Shown here piece by piece: positions 18,408 to 28,800 of a stretch of 64,000 bases of DNA; position 1 is the stretch's first letter; every line of letters starts with the position of its first letter. Under the pieces are notes generated by a model. That model made no database searches. It had not been told where the DNA came from and saw only the letters and a list, made by a program, of their open reading frames with translations. The position numbers and the translations under genes are program-made. Source of the DNA: Christensenellaceae bacterium (GTDB lineage: Bacteria; Bacillota; Clostridia; Christensenellales; CAG-138); assembly GCA_963667795.1 (NCBI GenBank), contig OY764017.1:645236-709235 (forward strand), written 5' to 3'.

Positions 18408-18830
18408 TCAGCTATTCGAACTCTGTTTTTGCTGTTCGATTTCTTGCTTCTGCTGCGCGTTTTTCAGTTTCTGTTGCTCGTTTTCCAGTTTCTGCCTCTC
18501 GTTCTGTTTCTTCAGTTGCTCGTTTTCCTGCCTCTGTCGATCCGCATTCTCTTGCTTTCCCTGGTCGCTCTCTTTTTTGAGCTGGTCATAATCCTGTTTT
18601 TGCCGTGTGTTATTTGCTTTCGTCTGCTTTGCCAAATCCTTTGCTTCGCGCTCTTGCTTGCTGGTTCTCTTTGCGTAGATCCCGACAATCAAGCCCAGTA
18701 TACCAAGAACGATCTCCCCGATATTCCAGTAGACGGGATTACTCTGAAACATTGGCACCATTCCCGTTATCCCAAGGACACCAATAAAGATGAGCGCCAA
18801 CCCCATCAACACATTCGCTAGTTTTGTCAT
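18408..18830 (-). CDS. Membrane protein with two N-terminal TM segments and a Q/E/K-rich repetitive tail
   Basis: MTKLANVLMGLALIFIGVLGITGMVPMF...GEIVLGILGLIVGIYAKR, followed by ...QENEQLKKQNERQKLENEQQKLKNAQQKQEIEQQKQ. Confidence 0.6.
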   Translation of the reverse strand: MTKLANVLMGLALIFIGVLGITGMVPMFQSNPVYWNIGEIVLGILGLIVGIYAKRTSKQEREAKDLAKQTKANNTRQKQDYDQLKKESDQGKQENADRQRQENEQLKKQNERQKLENEQQKLKNAQQKQEIEQQKQSSNS

Positions 18831-18860
18831 GGTTATAATCTCCTTTTCGATCTAATTAAA

Positions 18861-19028
18861 TCAACTGCGGGAAAACACACCGACGAGCAAGCCAACACCC
18901 CCGAGTACGATTTCTCCCACGTTGATGAAGCTCGGATAGTTGGTAAACATGGGAACGATATTCGTAATGCCCAATATTCCCATTGCCAGAAACACCAACC
19001 CTAGAATCACGCTTGTTGCTTTTGCCAT
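18861..19028 (-). CDS. Small membrane protein (55 aa), paralog of the N-terminus of the 18408-18830 protein
   Basis: MAKATSVILGLVFLAMGILGITNIVPMFTNYPSFINVGEIVLGGVGLLVGVFSRS. It lies in a different frame from track ORF 18856..19095. Confidence 0.55.
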   Translation of the reverse strand: MAKATSVILGLVFLAMGILGITNIVPMFTNYPSFINVGEIVLGGVGLLVGVFSRS

Positions 19029-19072
19029 TCAAAATTCCTCCCTTCTTCAGTTCTAGTTGCAAAATCAAACAC

Positions 19073-20218
19073 CTAAAATCGGAAGATCGCCGCAAGACCC
19101 GTTTCGGTCGGCATCCGATCCATTGGTAGCACGATTACCTCTCCCTTATGCTTCCAGACAGTATTTACGATTTGATCGATTAAATCTCCGCGTTCAGGAT
19201 TGTCTGTGCTCCCAAATTCGAGTTTGCCCGATTCGGTGTTAAACTTGCCCGGTATGCTTTTATCTGCTTCGACAAGCAAGGTTGCGATCCTGCCTTCAAA
19301 CGCGGCGCGTGCCACATCGATCCGTCTGTCGGATGCTGTGTGGTTCGATTTCGCGTTCTGATACCGATCTATGCTTTCCAATTCTTTTTCTTGATAAATT
19401 GGCTCCATCAGTTTCCACGCTTGATCTGCCAGTTGAATCAAGTCAATCGATTCACAGGAAGACTCGATTCCATCTGCAACCAAGTATGAGTTGCTGCTTA
19501 CCTTCCGAAACATGCTTTGATGTTCGGTTAATGATACAAGAATCAATGGCAGCTTCATCGGTCTTGAATAATGTTCAAGAACGGTATGGTCAACATACCG
19601 GAAGAACTTTTCAATATCCTTATCAATCGCATCTTTTCTTCCACCGTGTCCATGAAATGTTGCAACGCCATCACTTCCGCCGTAACGCCCATGGGTCAAA
19701 AATCCCTCCGGGTGTTCTTCCCCAAGCACTTCTTCCATGCTTCTGGGAATATCAGCGTCAATCTCCAGTTCTTTTATACCGTAACGATTTCCTTCGTATA
19801 AAGAGAAATGGGTGCTGCTTAGTCCCAGTAGGTGACAGGGATGCGCAGACTGAAAATAACGAATCAACGGTTTTAAGTGAAAACTCTCGGCAACAATCGC
19901 AGCGCTTTCAACCGGGGTGTTGAGTAAATAAACGACGCAATCATCTTGGGTGACAAGAACTGCTAATCCGTCCATGGTGTTTTGCCAAAACGGGACGTCT
20001 TCTTTCAGCGTATGCAGCGGTTCCATAATCGATTTCACGTCTTCTTTTGACAGGCTTGGTTCAAGCGAATCTTCTATCTGCTGAAGCAATTGCTTGAAAA
20101 CAATAGCGTCCTTCTGGTTTTCCGGGGCAAATCGATGCGTTGGTTGATACAGAGAGATGCATGTTTTCGCCTCTGAAAAAACGATATCGTCCGGGAAATC
20201 TTTCGCTGTTCTATACAT
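19073..20218 (-). CDS. baeRF-like protein (bacterial archaeo-eukaryotic release-factor-like family), 381 aa
   Basis: N-terminal CISLYQPTHRFAPENQ, central FHGHGGRKD, and C-terminal VIVLPMDRMPTETGLAAIFRF. The pattern matches baeRF-type proteins as I recall them; this was not checked with an HMM. Confidence 0.45.
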   Translation of the reverse strand: MYRTAKDFPDDIVFSEAKTCISLYQPTHRFAPENQKDAIVFKQLLQQIEDSLEPSLSKEDVKSIMEPLHTLKEDVPFWQNTMDGLAVLVTQDDCVVYLLNTPVESAAIVAESFHLKPLIRYFQSAHPCHLLGLSSTHFSLYEGNRYGIKELEIDADIPRSMEEVLGEEHPEGFLTHGRYGGSDGVATFHGHGGRKDAIDKDIEKFFRYVDHTVLEHYSRPMKLPLILVSLTEHQSMFRKVSSNSYLVADGIESSCESIDLIQLADQAWKLMEPIYQEKELESIDRYQNAKSNHTASDRRIDVARAAFEGRIATLLVEADKSIPGKFNTESGKLEFGSTDNPERGDLIDQIVNTVWKHKGEVIVLPMDRMPTETGLAAIFRF

Positions 20219-20453
20219 GATGTTGACCCTCCTGTAGTACTTGTTGATAAATCGCGTTGGCGAGCCGCCGTACCCATCTGGATTTATTTATGACATCATT
20301 GTTTCATTCATACAGCTCTAATATAATGATAGCACTTTCTAAATCATTTGTATAAATATTTTTATTTTTTATTGTATTATTTTTATTATTATTATATGAT
20401 GTTTTTATCAACCGAATCCGATTAGAGCCACTCACAATAGAAAACGAGGTTAT

Positions 20454-21017
20454 ATGAGAAGTTATTCAAAGTGTAATGTATGCGGATACATAGGTGAAGA
20501 GGGCAAGATCAAGCAAGTCTGCCCGGCTTGCAATGCTCCTTTTTTAAGTTTTGAGCATTACGAGTATGGAATCAACGAGAAACGGCTCTCCAATCTGAAT
20601 CTGCATCTCCATCCGGTTCTAACGCATTTTCCGGTCAGCATCGCGGTTCTATCTTTCATTATTCTTATCATCGCTTTTTCGATGAAGAATGGTGCAAACA
20701 GCGCGTGGATTCTGATCGAGAAGATCATCTCCATCCTTCTGCCGTTCACCATCATCGCGGCTATGGTAACAGGTTTATATGATGCAAAGGCACGCTTAAA
20801 AGATGCGATCGGCAGACTCCAGAAACAGAAGATCCAATTGGGCACGCTCTTCCTGGTCGTTTCGGGCATATCCGCTATACTGATCAATTACGAGGCCTTC
20901 TCCGTTCTTGGAAAAATTACCATTCTTGCGCTTGGGTTGGTCGGCGTTGTGCTCAGCGCAATGCTTGGCAAACGAGGTGCATCCCTTCTCGTGGTTCTGA
21001 TCAAGGACCATTCCTAA
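20454..21017 (+). CDS. Zinc-ribbon plus DUF2231-like membrane protein
   Basis: N-terminal CNVCGY...CPACN, followed by HPVLTHFPVSIAVLSF and further TM segments. Confidence 0.55.
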   Translation: MRSYSKCNVCGYIGEEGKIKQVCPACNAPFLSFEHYEYGINEKRLSNLNLHLHPVLTHFPVSIAVLSFIILIIAFSMKNGANSAWILIEKIISILLPFTIIAAMVTGLYDAKARLKDAIGRLQKQKIQLGTLFLVVSGISAILINYEAFSVLGKITILALGLVGVVLSAMLGKRGASLLVVLIKDHS

Positions 21018-21066
21018 CCCAGTACCACACGCGAATTCAAAAGAAATAAAACATGGAGGTCATCAC

Positions 21067-21360
21067 ATGAACAGTTTTGAACGAAAAATCAACCGTGCAA
21101 AAAACAAGGTATCGGGTCTCATGAAGCAGACCGCCGGGAAAGTCACCGGCGACGAAGTTCTGGAACTCAAAGGGAGAATGCAATCCTCCCAGGCAGATCT
21201 TCAGAAGAAGACGGACGTGGACGAAGCCATTCATCAGATCAAAAAGTCCGCTGACCATGAAAAAGCCAACTTTGTGCACAGGGTGAATGGTGCGCAACAG
21301 TCCGTCGCGAAAAAAATCAATGATTCGCTCGACGAACGCGCCGAAAAAAAGTCGAGATAA
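21067..21360 (+). CDS. CsbD-like stress protein
   Basis: KNKVSGLMKQTAGKVTGDEVLELKGRMQ, a typical CsbD-type repeat. 97 aa and hydrophilic. Confidence 0.65.
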   Translation: MNSFERKINRAKNKVSGLMKQTAGKVTGDEVLELKGRMQSSQADLQKKTDVDEAIHQIKKSADHEKANFVHRVNGAQQSVAKKINDSLDERAEKKSR

Positions 21361-21432
21361 GCGCATCCCGGTCACTCAAACAAAACCCCGAACTCAAATT
21401 CAATTAACAAAATGATATAGGAGGCACACACA

Positions 21433-21693
21433 ATGGGTTGGATCGCATGGATTATTTTAGGCGGCGTTGCCGGATGGATCGCCAGCATGATCACCAAGAA
21501 CAATGCAAAAATGGGACTCATCGGGAATATTCTCGTCGGCATTGTTGGCGCATTCGCCGGCAACTTCCTGATCAGCTTGTTCAGCGGCGGCAGCATTGCA
21601 GTATTTGGCTTTAACTTCACAACGTTCATCATCGCCATCGGTGGTGCGGTTGTTCTGCTGCTGGTTTTCAACTGGCTTCGGAAGCGACGTTAA
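21433..21693 (+). CDS. GlsB/YeaQ/YmgE-family stress-response membrane protein
   Basis: MGWIAWIILGGVAGWIASMITKNN...GNILVGIVGAFAGNFL. Confidence 0.75.
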   Translation: MGWIAWIILGGVAGWIASMITKNNAKMGLIGNILVGIVGAFAGNFLISLFSGGSIAVFGFNFTTFIIAIGGAVVLLLVFNWLRKRR

Positions 21694-21712
21694 CGCGCAG
21701 CACACATCATTT

Positions 21713-21798
21713 CATAAATATTTTGCCCAAAGTGGCACAGAAAGAGGCATCTTATCATAAATATTTTGCCCAAAGTGGCACAGAAAGAGGCATCTTAT
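21713..21798 (+). repeat. Perfect 43-bp tandem duplication spanning the 5' UTR and ribosome-binding site of the dodecin-like gene
   Basis: CATAAATATTTTGCCCAAAGTGGCACAGAAAGAGGCATCTTAT occurs twice (21713-21755 and 21756-21798). Only the second copy abuts the start codon. Confidence 0.9.
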
Positions 21799-22003
21799 GT
21801 CCGTTGTAAAAATCATTGAACTTCTGGCCGAATCACCCGTAAGTTGGGAAACGGCAACGCAGGCTGCCGTTACCGAAGCTTCGAAGACGATTCAGCACAT
21901 CAAGAATGTTTATGTCAAGGACATGAAGGCATTCGTTGAGAATGGTAAAATCGTCAGCTACCGCGTGAATGTGAAAGTTTCATTCGTCGTAAACGAGTCA
22001 TAA
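21797..22003 (+). CDS. Dodecin-like protein
   Basis: MSVVKIIELLAESPVSWETATQAAVTEASKTIQHIKNVYVKDMKAFVENGKIVSYRVNVKVSF. Confidence 0.7.
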   Translation: MSVVKIIELLAESPVSWETATQAAVTEASKTIQHIKNVYVKDMKAFVENGKIVSYRVNVKVSFVVNES

Positions 22004-22048
22004 GCGCGGTTTCACTACAAATAATCTCTGGAAAGGAACGTGATCATT

Positions 22049-22204
22049 ATGTGGACCATTATCATCATTCTGTTTGTGCTCTGGCTGCTTGGTGCATTCG
22101 GCACGCGATATATCCCCAATGCTCCAAGATTAGGAAGCTGGGTTCATATCCTTGTCGTCGTCGCGGCAGTGTTGCTGATTCTGAAAGTCGTCAACGTAAT
22201 TTAA
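22049..22204 (+). CDS. lmo0937-like small membrane protein (51 aa)
   Basis: MWTIIIILFVLWLLGAFGTRYIPNAPRLGSWVHILVVVAAVLLILKVVNVI. GGAAAGGAA lies upstream. Below the ORF-track length cutoff. Confidence 0.6.
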   Translation: MWTIIIILFVLWLLGAFGTRYIPNAPRLGSWVHILVVVAAVLLILKVVNVI

Positions 22205-22466
22205 TCCTGTCATGAATCGGCCGCCAACAACATACCAGATCTTTGATGAGCACTGTCATTTACAGCAGTGCTCATGTTGGCAGTGGACCGATCCACCTGA
22301 AAAAATCGTCTGAGTACGATAAAACCCCCGCGGTTTCATCTCACCGGAGTTTGTGCGATTTTCGCTCGCAGGAGGCATCGATGAGGGAGGCGATTCTGCC
22401 TCACTTTTCAACTTTTTTGCTTATATCTGTTTCTAAAATCAAATGAGAAAAAGCAGCACGAATTGT

Positions 22467-22495
22467 TTGACATATCGTCTCCATCCATATAGAAT
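22467..22495 (+). promoter_or_regulatory. Candidate sigma-A promoter of the antitoxin-like gene
   Basis: TTGACA (22467-22472), a 17-nt spacer, then TAGAAT (22490-22495). Confidence 0.5.
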
Positions 22496-22531
22496 TTACA
22501 TGAGCGAAAAGAAAAGGGTTGGGCTAAAGGC

Positions 22532-22780
22532 ATGAAGATATCGACCAAAGCGATTGTTTCAAACTCAGATATGATCAAGAGTTACAAGTCTTGCAGAGAA
22601 AAAGCTGAGGCACATGGAAAGATCTTCATTTTAAAAAACAATCAACCAGACGCTGTGTTGATCTCAGCCGCAGAGTATGAGAAACTTTCCGAATTAATCG
22701 AGTATATCGAATCACTCGATGAATCAGAAAGTACCGCCTTCATAGAGGCACTCCCCGCCGTTCTTGCAAAGAATGGCTGA
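22532..22780 (+). CDS. Phd/YefM-type antitoxin-like protein (orphan)
   Basis: ISTKAIVSNSDMIKSYKSCREKAEAHGKIFILKNNQPDAVLISAAEYEKLSE. No toxin-sized ORF follows. Confidence 0.55.
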   Translation: MKISTKAIVSNSDMIKSYKSCREKAEAHGKIFILKNNQPDAVLISAAEYEKLSELIEYIESLDESESTAFIEALPAVLAKNG

Positions 22781-22828
22781 TGCCCGGCATTCAAGGGCGT
22801 ACATCGAACGATCACTTTCAACCAATAC

Positions 22829-22859
22829 GGGAGCAGATGATCTGCCCCCGTGTTTTTTT
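22829..22859 (+). terminator. Intrinsic terminator between convergent genes
   Basis: GGGAGCAGA-TGA-TCTGCCCCC (one mismatch in the stem), followed by GTGTTTTTTT. Confidence 0.55.
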
Positions 22860-22866
22860 GATTTGT

Positions 22867-25800
22867 TTATCCCATTAAAACGTCGATCCAGTGTTCTCTT
22901 GCGTCGTCTTTCAGTGCAACTGCGCCGGTCAAGTTCTCTCCGTCCATCGTCATGCTCACGACACCTGTCTGCACTCTGTTGGGATTCTGGACAGTGATAT
23001 GATATGTTGCGCTATCAAAGTGATATTCCACGCTGTAAGACTGCCATCCGGCCGGAATGCCCGGATTGATGATGAGGTAATCACCTTCCTTTTGGATGCC
23101 GAGAATACTCTCCAGCCCCGCGCGATAGAGCCACCCCGCAGCGCCGGTATACCAGGACCATCCCCCACGTCCCATATGCGGCCAAGCCGCGTAAACATCC
23201 GCCGGGAGCGCGTATGGTTCCGTTTTATACTTCGCATAACCGCGATAACTGCTCGTATGATGAATCGGATTGATCAGGTCATAGAGCGCCAGCGCCTTGT
23301 CGCCCCCGCCGAGTTTTGCAAAAGCGATGATCGCCCAGGCGGCAGCATGGGTGTATTGCCCGCCGTTTTCGCGAACTCCCGGCACATAGCCTTTGATATA
23401 CCCCGGTTCGCTTTTGCCTTTGTCAAACGGCGGAGTCATCAGCTTTATCAGCCCTTCATCACGATTGACCAGATAGTCCTCTAGCGATTGCATCGCCTTG
23501 CGCGTTCGCTCGGCTTCTCCGCCGCCGGATAGCACCGACCAGGATTGCGCAATCGAATCGATCTTGCAATCGACATTGCGAATCGAACCCAGCGCCGTAC
23601 CGTCGTCAAAATACGCGCGGCGATACCAGCCGCCGTCCCAGGCGTGTTCTTCTACGGCTTTCAGTAAGGTTTTTCGGGTTTCTCGCAGGGTGCTTGCCAA
23701 TGTATGATCGCCCCAAGCGTCGCAAACCGATGAAAACTCACCAAGCACGTCGGAAAGAAACCAGCCGAGCCAAACGCTCTCTCCCAAACCCTTCTCGCCA
23801 ACGGCATTCATGCCGTCATTCCAGTCTCCACCGCCCATCAACGGAAGCCCGTGTACACCGAACGATAACCCTCGCCGGATTGCTCGGAGGCAATGCTCGT
23901 AAAGCGTCGCCTCTTCTGTCGATGTCGTTGCGCGCTCATAGCGCTCGTGCTCCTGTTCGGTTAGCTGGTTCCCCTGTAGGAACGGAACCATTTCCAGCAG
24001 GATTGAGTCGTCTCCGCTGATGCGCGTATACTCCGCCGTCACATACGGCAACCAGAGGAAATCATCCGAAAAGCGCGTGCGCACGCCGCTGCCCATCGGC
24101 TCATGCCACCAATGCTGCACATCGCCTTCGACAAACTGATGCTTTGCGTGCCGCAATATCTGCCCTCTCGCGAGCGCCGGGTTAGTCGCCGCAACGGCGA
24201 GGATATCCTGCAACTGATCGCGAAAACCAAATGCGCCGCCGGACTGGTAAAAGCCGGTTCGCGCCCATAAGCGGCATGCGATCACCTGATATAAGAGCCA
24301 GCCGTTCTGCAATAGGTTCAGTGCAGCGTCCGGCGTTATGACACGCACCTTGCTAAGCGCAGCATCCCAGCTATCGGCAACCGCCTGCAGCGTATCCTGC
24401 ACCCTCTGCGCGTCAAGATATGCATCGCATGCGCGAGCAATTTCACCCTCGCCATCCGCAGCGCCCAGTAAAAATACAACCGTTCTTTCTTCACCCGGTT
24501 GGAGTTCCAAATTGATCTGCATTGCTCCGCAAGGATCAAGGCCGATCCCCAGCTCACCCGAAAGACAATCCCGCTTGAGACAATCCGGTGATTTCAACCC
24601 GCCCGTTCCGAAAAACTCCTTACGATCTCCCGTCACGGTGTGTTCCTCAACCGAGCAATTCATGTAACAGATTCTTCCGGGAAAATCTTCATTATATGGA
24701 TTCCGCATCAATAAAGCACCGGACTCGCTCATGGAAGTTTGAATGTGCATCGCGGTAATCTGGTCGCTTACGCCCAGCACCGGGCGTACATAATATGTCG
24801 CGCTGAGCCGCCTGATCTCATTTGTCTCGTTTTTCAATACAAGCAGGCTAATTTTCAACGCATCCTTTTCCGGTACAAACTGGGTCAGCGTCTGCGAGAT
24901 GCCAAGGCAGCTATGCGAAAATACCGAGTAACCAAACCCGTGCCGGATATGATAGATTCCTTCATCTCGTATCGGCAGCGCCGTGGGCGTAAAGATTTTA
25001 CCTGTGTCTTTGTCGCACAGATAGAGTACCTCGCCGGGCGGATCGGAGACGGCATCGTTTGACCACGGTGTGAGTCGAAACTCATGACTGTTTTCGCGCC
25101 AGGTATAGCCCGAGCCTGATTCCGACACGATAAAACCGAAGTTTGGGTTTGCGATCACGTTGATCCATGGCGCAGGCGTATGTTCGTGCTCCAAACGAAT
25201 GCAGTATTCTTTGCCGTCGGGACGAAACCCGCCGATGCCATTGTCGTATAGGAGTTCCTGATGTTGCAGGATGTCCGGGGGATAAACTGCGGTTTCCTTG
25301 GAAAACAACGTTTGCTCCGGCAAGTACCGTTTGGCTATGCCGGATAGCTGCGCCTCCATCGTACCGTTACCGCCTTGCAGAAATATCCGCGAAGCGGAGA
25401 TCAGGAGCGCATAGTCCTCCTGGGTAATATCTTTTCGATTCAACAACACGATTTCATCCGGTCGAAGCATTGTGTTGTATCGCTTGTAGGACTCCATAAT
25501 CCCCACCGCCAAATCGCGCAAAGGGGATGTGTAGGCGGCCTCTTCGCTGACAATGACGATCATATCCGCACTGATATCCATCACACCCCAGTATTCGTAG
25601 GCTTTAATCGCCTCATGCAGCAGCGGAATCTGAGTTTCCGCGGTGAGCGCAACCAGCAGGATGGGCAGATCGCCCGAAATGCCATAGCGCCAAAGTGCGG
25701 ACTGTCCGCGATGATTTTGCGAAATTCTATCGCTGTTGATCCGACGAGCGGGGCTCAAAAACAGCAGATGGGAGAGCATATTCAGATACAGCGTGATTTC

Positions 25801-28800
25801 GGATGCTTTGAAGTCCCGATACTTGGTTTCAATTCGGCTTCGTTCATAGGCATGATGCGCGCTTAACTCAATATCTCGCATCGTCTCATACCGTTTCGCT
25901 ATTGCAAGCAGCGCTTCCTTATCCCCCGCTGTGATCATGACAAGCGCGAGTGCTGCCGTTTTCCCCGGCTCAATCACAACTCGCGTTCGAAGGCTGATGA
26001 TCGGATCCAGCACCGCGCCAACGGTGCCGCTCAGCGGTTGACTCGACCGGAGCGCCTGAGGACAACTCGCATCGTTTCCTCGGCCAATAAACTGCGCGCG
26101 ATCCGTTTCAAACTCGATCTCCTCATTTTGATCTGAATTTCTGACCAAATGCGCCCCAAGACAGACCTCCATCTCCTTATCTGATCTCGGGCGTCGCTTT
26201 GCGGTGATCATCCCACTTTGCGCATGAAAGTCCGTTTCCACAAAGAGGTTGCTAAAAGCCATATGCGCCTGATCTGCCGCGCGCGGCGCGAGCACAACCT
26301 CGCAATAGCTGGTGATCTCAATCGTCTTTGTCGCGTCAGAATGATTTTCCAGTGTCACTTTGCGAATCTCGACGTTGTCGTTTGTTGCGACAAATACCTC
26401 GGTTTTCGAGTCAACTTCGCCATCCGTTCGCCGATAGATCGCTTTGTCGTCTGCAAACTCCACCTCGTAACTGTCCGGCATCTGATTCAGCGGCGCGTAG
26501 GCGGAAGACCATTGTTTTCCGCTCTCCATATCGCGCAGATAGAGAAACGTTCCAAAACGATCGAGCGTACTGTCCTCCTGCCAACGCGTTATGGCCACAA
26601 CCTTGTTCTTGCTGTATCCCGTGCCCGCATCTGTCAGCATCACAGAATAGTTCCCGTTGGAGAGCATATGTACGCGTGGCAAACCCGTATTCGGACGCCT
26701 AAACATGCGAACGGGCAATTCCTGCTTGGAGAATTTAAACGATGGCAGCGAAACCTTCTCGCTAACCGCCTTTGTCATTACGATATTGGCCGGAACCTTC
26801 TCCTGCAATAAATGACGATAGGCTCGAACCGCCGGGTTCTTCGCAAACCGCTCCTGCATACGGTTATGATTCAGATACTCGTTGATCACAAGCAGGCTCA
26901 TCCCCTGATGATGCGCCATAAAGCTCTTGATGATGACGCGCCGCGGTTCAAAGTACAGCCGATCTTTTGTAAAATCCGCCGCTTCATAGAACCCATATGC
27001 GCCATCCATATGCTCTTCTTTGAGGCGAGCTATGTTTTTGAGCGCTTCGTCCGGTTGAACGAGCAATGCCAGAAAAGTCGCATACGGCGCAACGACCGAA
27101 TCCTCATTTAACCCGCGCTTTAATCCGAGCCACGGAATGCCGATGGCTTTGTATTGATAGTCGTTTCGCTTGTCGAGCGAGTTATACGCAGACTCCGACA
27201 TGCCCCATGGCATGCTGCGCTTTTTTGCGAATTTCATCTGGCTTCGCACCGCAAACGAACAGGCTTCATCGAGCAAAGTATTGCTATAGCTTTTCATAAT
27301 GAGCAGCGGCATCAGGTATTCAAACATAGTACCCGTCCAAGATACCAACCCCTTGTATCGACCTTGTACGGTAAGCGTGCGCCCCATGCTGAACCAATGC
27401 GACGCAGGAATCTCCCCGTTTGCAATCGCAATATAGCTTGCCAGCCGCGCCTCCGAAGCAAGCAAATCATAGTAGGAATTCGTTAATTTATTGTCCTCCA
27501 GATTGTACCCAATGGAGAACAGTTTCTTCTTTTCGTTGTAGAGCGGGCGGAATTGGACAGCGGCGTTGATCGTCCGAATTCGGTCGATCAACGCCGTGCA
27601 TCGTAATACCTCGCGAAGCGATCGCTCGGCTGATTGCGACAACGCAATCTGAACTCCGCTCAACCAAGGCGTAACCTCCGGGCTAGGTTGCACTTCGGCG
27701 CCAATTTTCGGGTCACGCATGCGTCCCGCAAGCGCAGATGCTGCCCGCTGGCGCACCGGCAGTTCGCCAAATGCGCAATTACCTCCCAGTAAATCCAATA
27801 ATCTGCCGAGGTCTTCCGGCGTATCGGCCGCCTCCGGCAGAGCGCGCGGCAGCAGCGCCGAAGAGAAATAATCTGCTAGCACGGTCAATTGCCCTTGCAT
27901 CTGTAGTCTAGCCTTTTCAAGCCAAACGTCACCCTCAAGGCTCGCGGCGCCCAGTTCTTCGAGCCAGTCGACCAGTGCGTCATGCATTACGCGCATGCCG
28001 GAGATGGAGCCTGCACCCAACGAAGCGACTGTTTCTTTCGCCTGCAGTATGCGCGTACGCCAGGCGATGTAGCGCTCTTTTTCCCCGCAAGAAACGGTCA
28101 CGGCAAGACCGTCAAAGAAACCAATGTCAATCAGGGGTCGATCCAGATATTCCTGCAGCCCTTGCGCGAGCGTCATGAGATACCCCGTGAGGTTCCCGCT
28201 GTCAACCGTCGAGACATAAACCGGGTTCAGCGGTTTGAGTGTTACGGTATCATACCAGTTAAATAAATGCCCGTTCCATTTGGGCAGTCCTTCGATGGTT
28301 GCAATCGTGTTCTCCACCAACCCGATCAACTCGATGGTGCCGATGAATCCCATATCTCGCGCCGTCAGCGCCGCGAGCAGTCCAAAGCCGATGTTGGTCG
28401 GCGAGGTGCGCGCGGCAACGCCTTTGTATGGCTCCAGCTGATAGTTGTCCGGCGCCAGGAAGTGTGTATCCTCCGCGCTGAACTCCTCAAAGTACCGCCA
28501 TGTCTTCCTTGCGGTATTCTCGAGTTCAGCCTTGTCCGCGAGATTCAGTCCGCTCGTAACGATCGTTTCCTTGCTGATTGCAAACGCAATCACAGGAGAT
28601 ACCACCCAGAGGAGAATCAGCGGAAGCAACATCAACACTCGATCCCATGCGCCCATGGATGCCACGGCAGCGATGCACGCGAGCGACTGCCAGATCGGCG
28701 CCTGCATAAAGCGCACATATCCGGCAGGCGTGGCAAGCGGCTTCGCCTCCGAATCGGCTGATGTCACCCACTCCAATAGGTTCTTTTTCGTCACCCATAC

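Noticed and set aside
18094-19095. Track ORFs 18094..18315 (plus strand) and 18856..19095 (minus strand).
   Set aside because: Their translations look non-protein-like. Alternative frames on the minus strand give ribosome-binding-site-preceded small membrane proteins (18126-18299 and 18861-19028), the latter paralogous to the neighbouring gene.
21713-21798. The tandem repeat as a possible mini CRISPR or regulatory array.
   Set aside because: There are only two perfect 43-bp units with no spacers and no cas genes. It is a simple tandem duplication.
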